From Candidatus Undinarchaeota archaeon (GTDB lineage: Archaea > SpSt-1190): DNA of 24,293 nucleotides. The stretch is from contig CAYVAH010000006.1 of assembly GCA_964449215.1 (NCBI GenBank), forward strand, positions 1 to 24,293. Reading direction: 5' to 3'. The translations under genes and the position numbers were made by a program. This document shows positions 23,170 to 24,293 of the stretch, one piece after another; the stretch's first letter is position 1; every line of letters starts with the position of its first letter. Below the pieces are notes generated by a model. The model ran no database searches. It saw only the letters and a list, made by a program, of their open reading frames with translations, and had not been told where the DNA came from.

Positions 23170-23847
23170 GTGAAAATACTAGCTGTGTCGGACATACACG
23201 GAGACCTGAAAAAGCTTTACCGGCTGGTGGATAGCCTGGACGAAAAGCCAGATGCTGTGGTCGTGGCAGGGGACCTCACGCCATTCGGCCCGAAAAAGCT
23301 CGTGCCTCAGATAAAGTCGGCTCTGAAGAAAGTTTCAGATTACGTGTTTGCCATCCCCGGGAATGAGGACCCGGATGATGTGAGAAAACTCATGGACAAG
23401 CTGAAACTCAACATGCATGGTAAAAAAATGGAGCTGGATGACACAACCCTTGTCGGGTTCGAGGGGGCCAGGTGGGTGGAGACCGGCGGGGAGATATTCA
23501 TAAAATATGACCCCATCCACAAACTGCTCAGGTCTAAGGGAAAGAAGGTCCTCGTGACTCACGTGCCACCCTTCAACACAAAGGCTGACAAGCTATGGAC
23601 AGGACACCATGTCGGATCACCATTCCTCAGGAGCCTCATAGAAGACTACAAGCCCGACTTTGTGATATGCGGACATGTGCACGAGGCCAGAGGCGTTGAA
23701 AAGCTCGGGAAGACCACCGTGGTGAACACCGGGGCCCTCGCTGACGGCTACGCTGCCTGGATTGACACGGACTCAGGGGAAACGGAACTGCTGAAAATAG
23801 GGAAAAAACTGGAAAGACTGAAGGTCAAGAAAGAAGGGAATCGATGA
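23170..23847 (+). CDS. Calcineurin-like metallophosphoesterase (Icc-related)
   Basis: SDIH, AGD, PGNED, THVPP, GHVHE, NTG. Confidence 0.93.
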   Translation: MKILAVSDIHGDLKKLYRLVDSLDEKPDAVVVAGDLTPFGPKKLVPQIKSALKKVSDYVFAIPGNEDPDDVRKLMDKLKLNMHGKKMELDDTTLVGFEGARWVETGGEIFIKYDPIHKLLRSKGKKVLVTHVPPFNTKADKLWTGHHVGSPFLRSLIEDYKPDFVICGHVHEARGVEKLGKTTVVNTGALADGYAAWIDTDSGETELLKIGKKLERLKVKKEGNR

Positions 23848-24293
23848 ATGCCTCCAGGTCTCTCTGGGAGGTCTCTGGATCCCGCACGAAGAACTTTATG
23901 CTGTTCTCGTTCATTGAAAAGCCGTAACTGTCGCCGGGCAGCTCTATGCGGCCGCTCACCTCCCTTATCTTTCCCTTTGACCTGTATCTCCCGAACTCTT
24001 TTGAAAGGGAAAGCCCCCCGCCGAAAAGCGCAACTTCGACCACATGCTCATCCTGGGTCTCATAGACACGGACCTTCTTTATATCATCAGACATCTTGAT
24101 GACCTTCTCAAACTCCTTTTGTGTGAAAATCACGGGGTCGACCTCCCCCAGCACGGACAATGTCTCCACAACCCTGCGGATAAATGCAGGCGGGCCATAA
24201 ACCTCAACCAGACCGGAAGGCCTTATGTGGACCTCCACCCTGACGAGGGTTTCCATCGGTATTTTTTCTTCCTCCAGAACATCCCCTTCCCCG
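23825..24293 (-). CDS. Hypothetical protein, probably 5'-truncated by the window edge
   Basis: The frame stays open upstream of ATG 24256 to the window end (GEGDVLEEEKIP-M). Confidence 0.65.
   Translation of the reverse strand, partial: GEGDVLEEEKIPMETLVRVEVHIRPSGLVEVYGPPAFIRRVVETLSVLGEVDPVIFTQKEFEKVIKMSDDIKKVRVYETQDEHVVEVALFGGGLSLSKEFGRYRSKGKIREVSGRIELPGDSYGFSMNENSIKFFVRDPETSQRDLEAFIDSLLS

Noticed and set aside
1..24293. CRISPR arrays, IS elements, integrases or tandem repeats
   Set aside because: Intergenic gaps are all under about 100 bp, and I saw no repeated units, terminal inverted repeats or transposase/integrase motifs.

Overview
A very gene-dense archaeal core-genome segment. The fused PriS-PriL primase and several shortened housekeeping proteins point to a DPANN lineage. 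It holds about 39 CDS and the 5' half of a tRNA at the left edge. Translation and ribosome biogenesis: L7Ae, S28e, L24e, L44e, S27e, aIF2alpha, aIF1A, deoxyhypusine synthase, Nop10, AK6, RIO1, Dim2-type KH protein, SerRS and a truncated NFACT/Rqc2. Replication and chromatin: primase, GINS15, SSB, Top6B and a histone. Secretion: Sec61beta, FtsY and an A24 peptidase. Nucleotide metabolism: NDK and dUTPase. I saw no mobile element, CRISPR array or long repeat. The most notable signals are: (1) a K-loop/kink-turn that buries the L7Ae start codon, at the head of an operon that also carries a deoxyhypusine synthase plus an atypical fold-III PLP decarboxylase; (2) a histone lacking the canonical tetramer-interface residues, translationally coupled to a prepilin-type peptidase; (3) a TATA box 26-29 nt before most unit-leading start codons, implying leaderless mRNAs, including single TATA boxes shared by divergent genes; (4) degenerate-motif proteins (primase Fe-S ligands, a Walker A K->E kinase, an apparently dead PD-(D/E)xK-like domain). 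All calls come from motif recognition by eye; no database searches were run.
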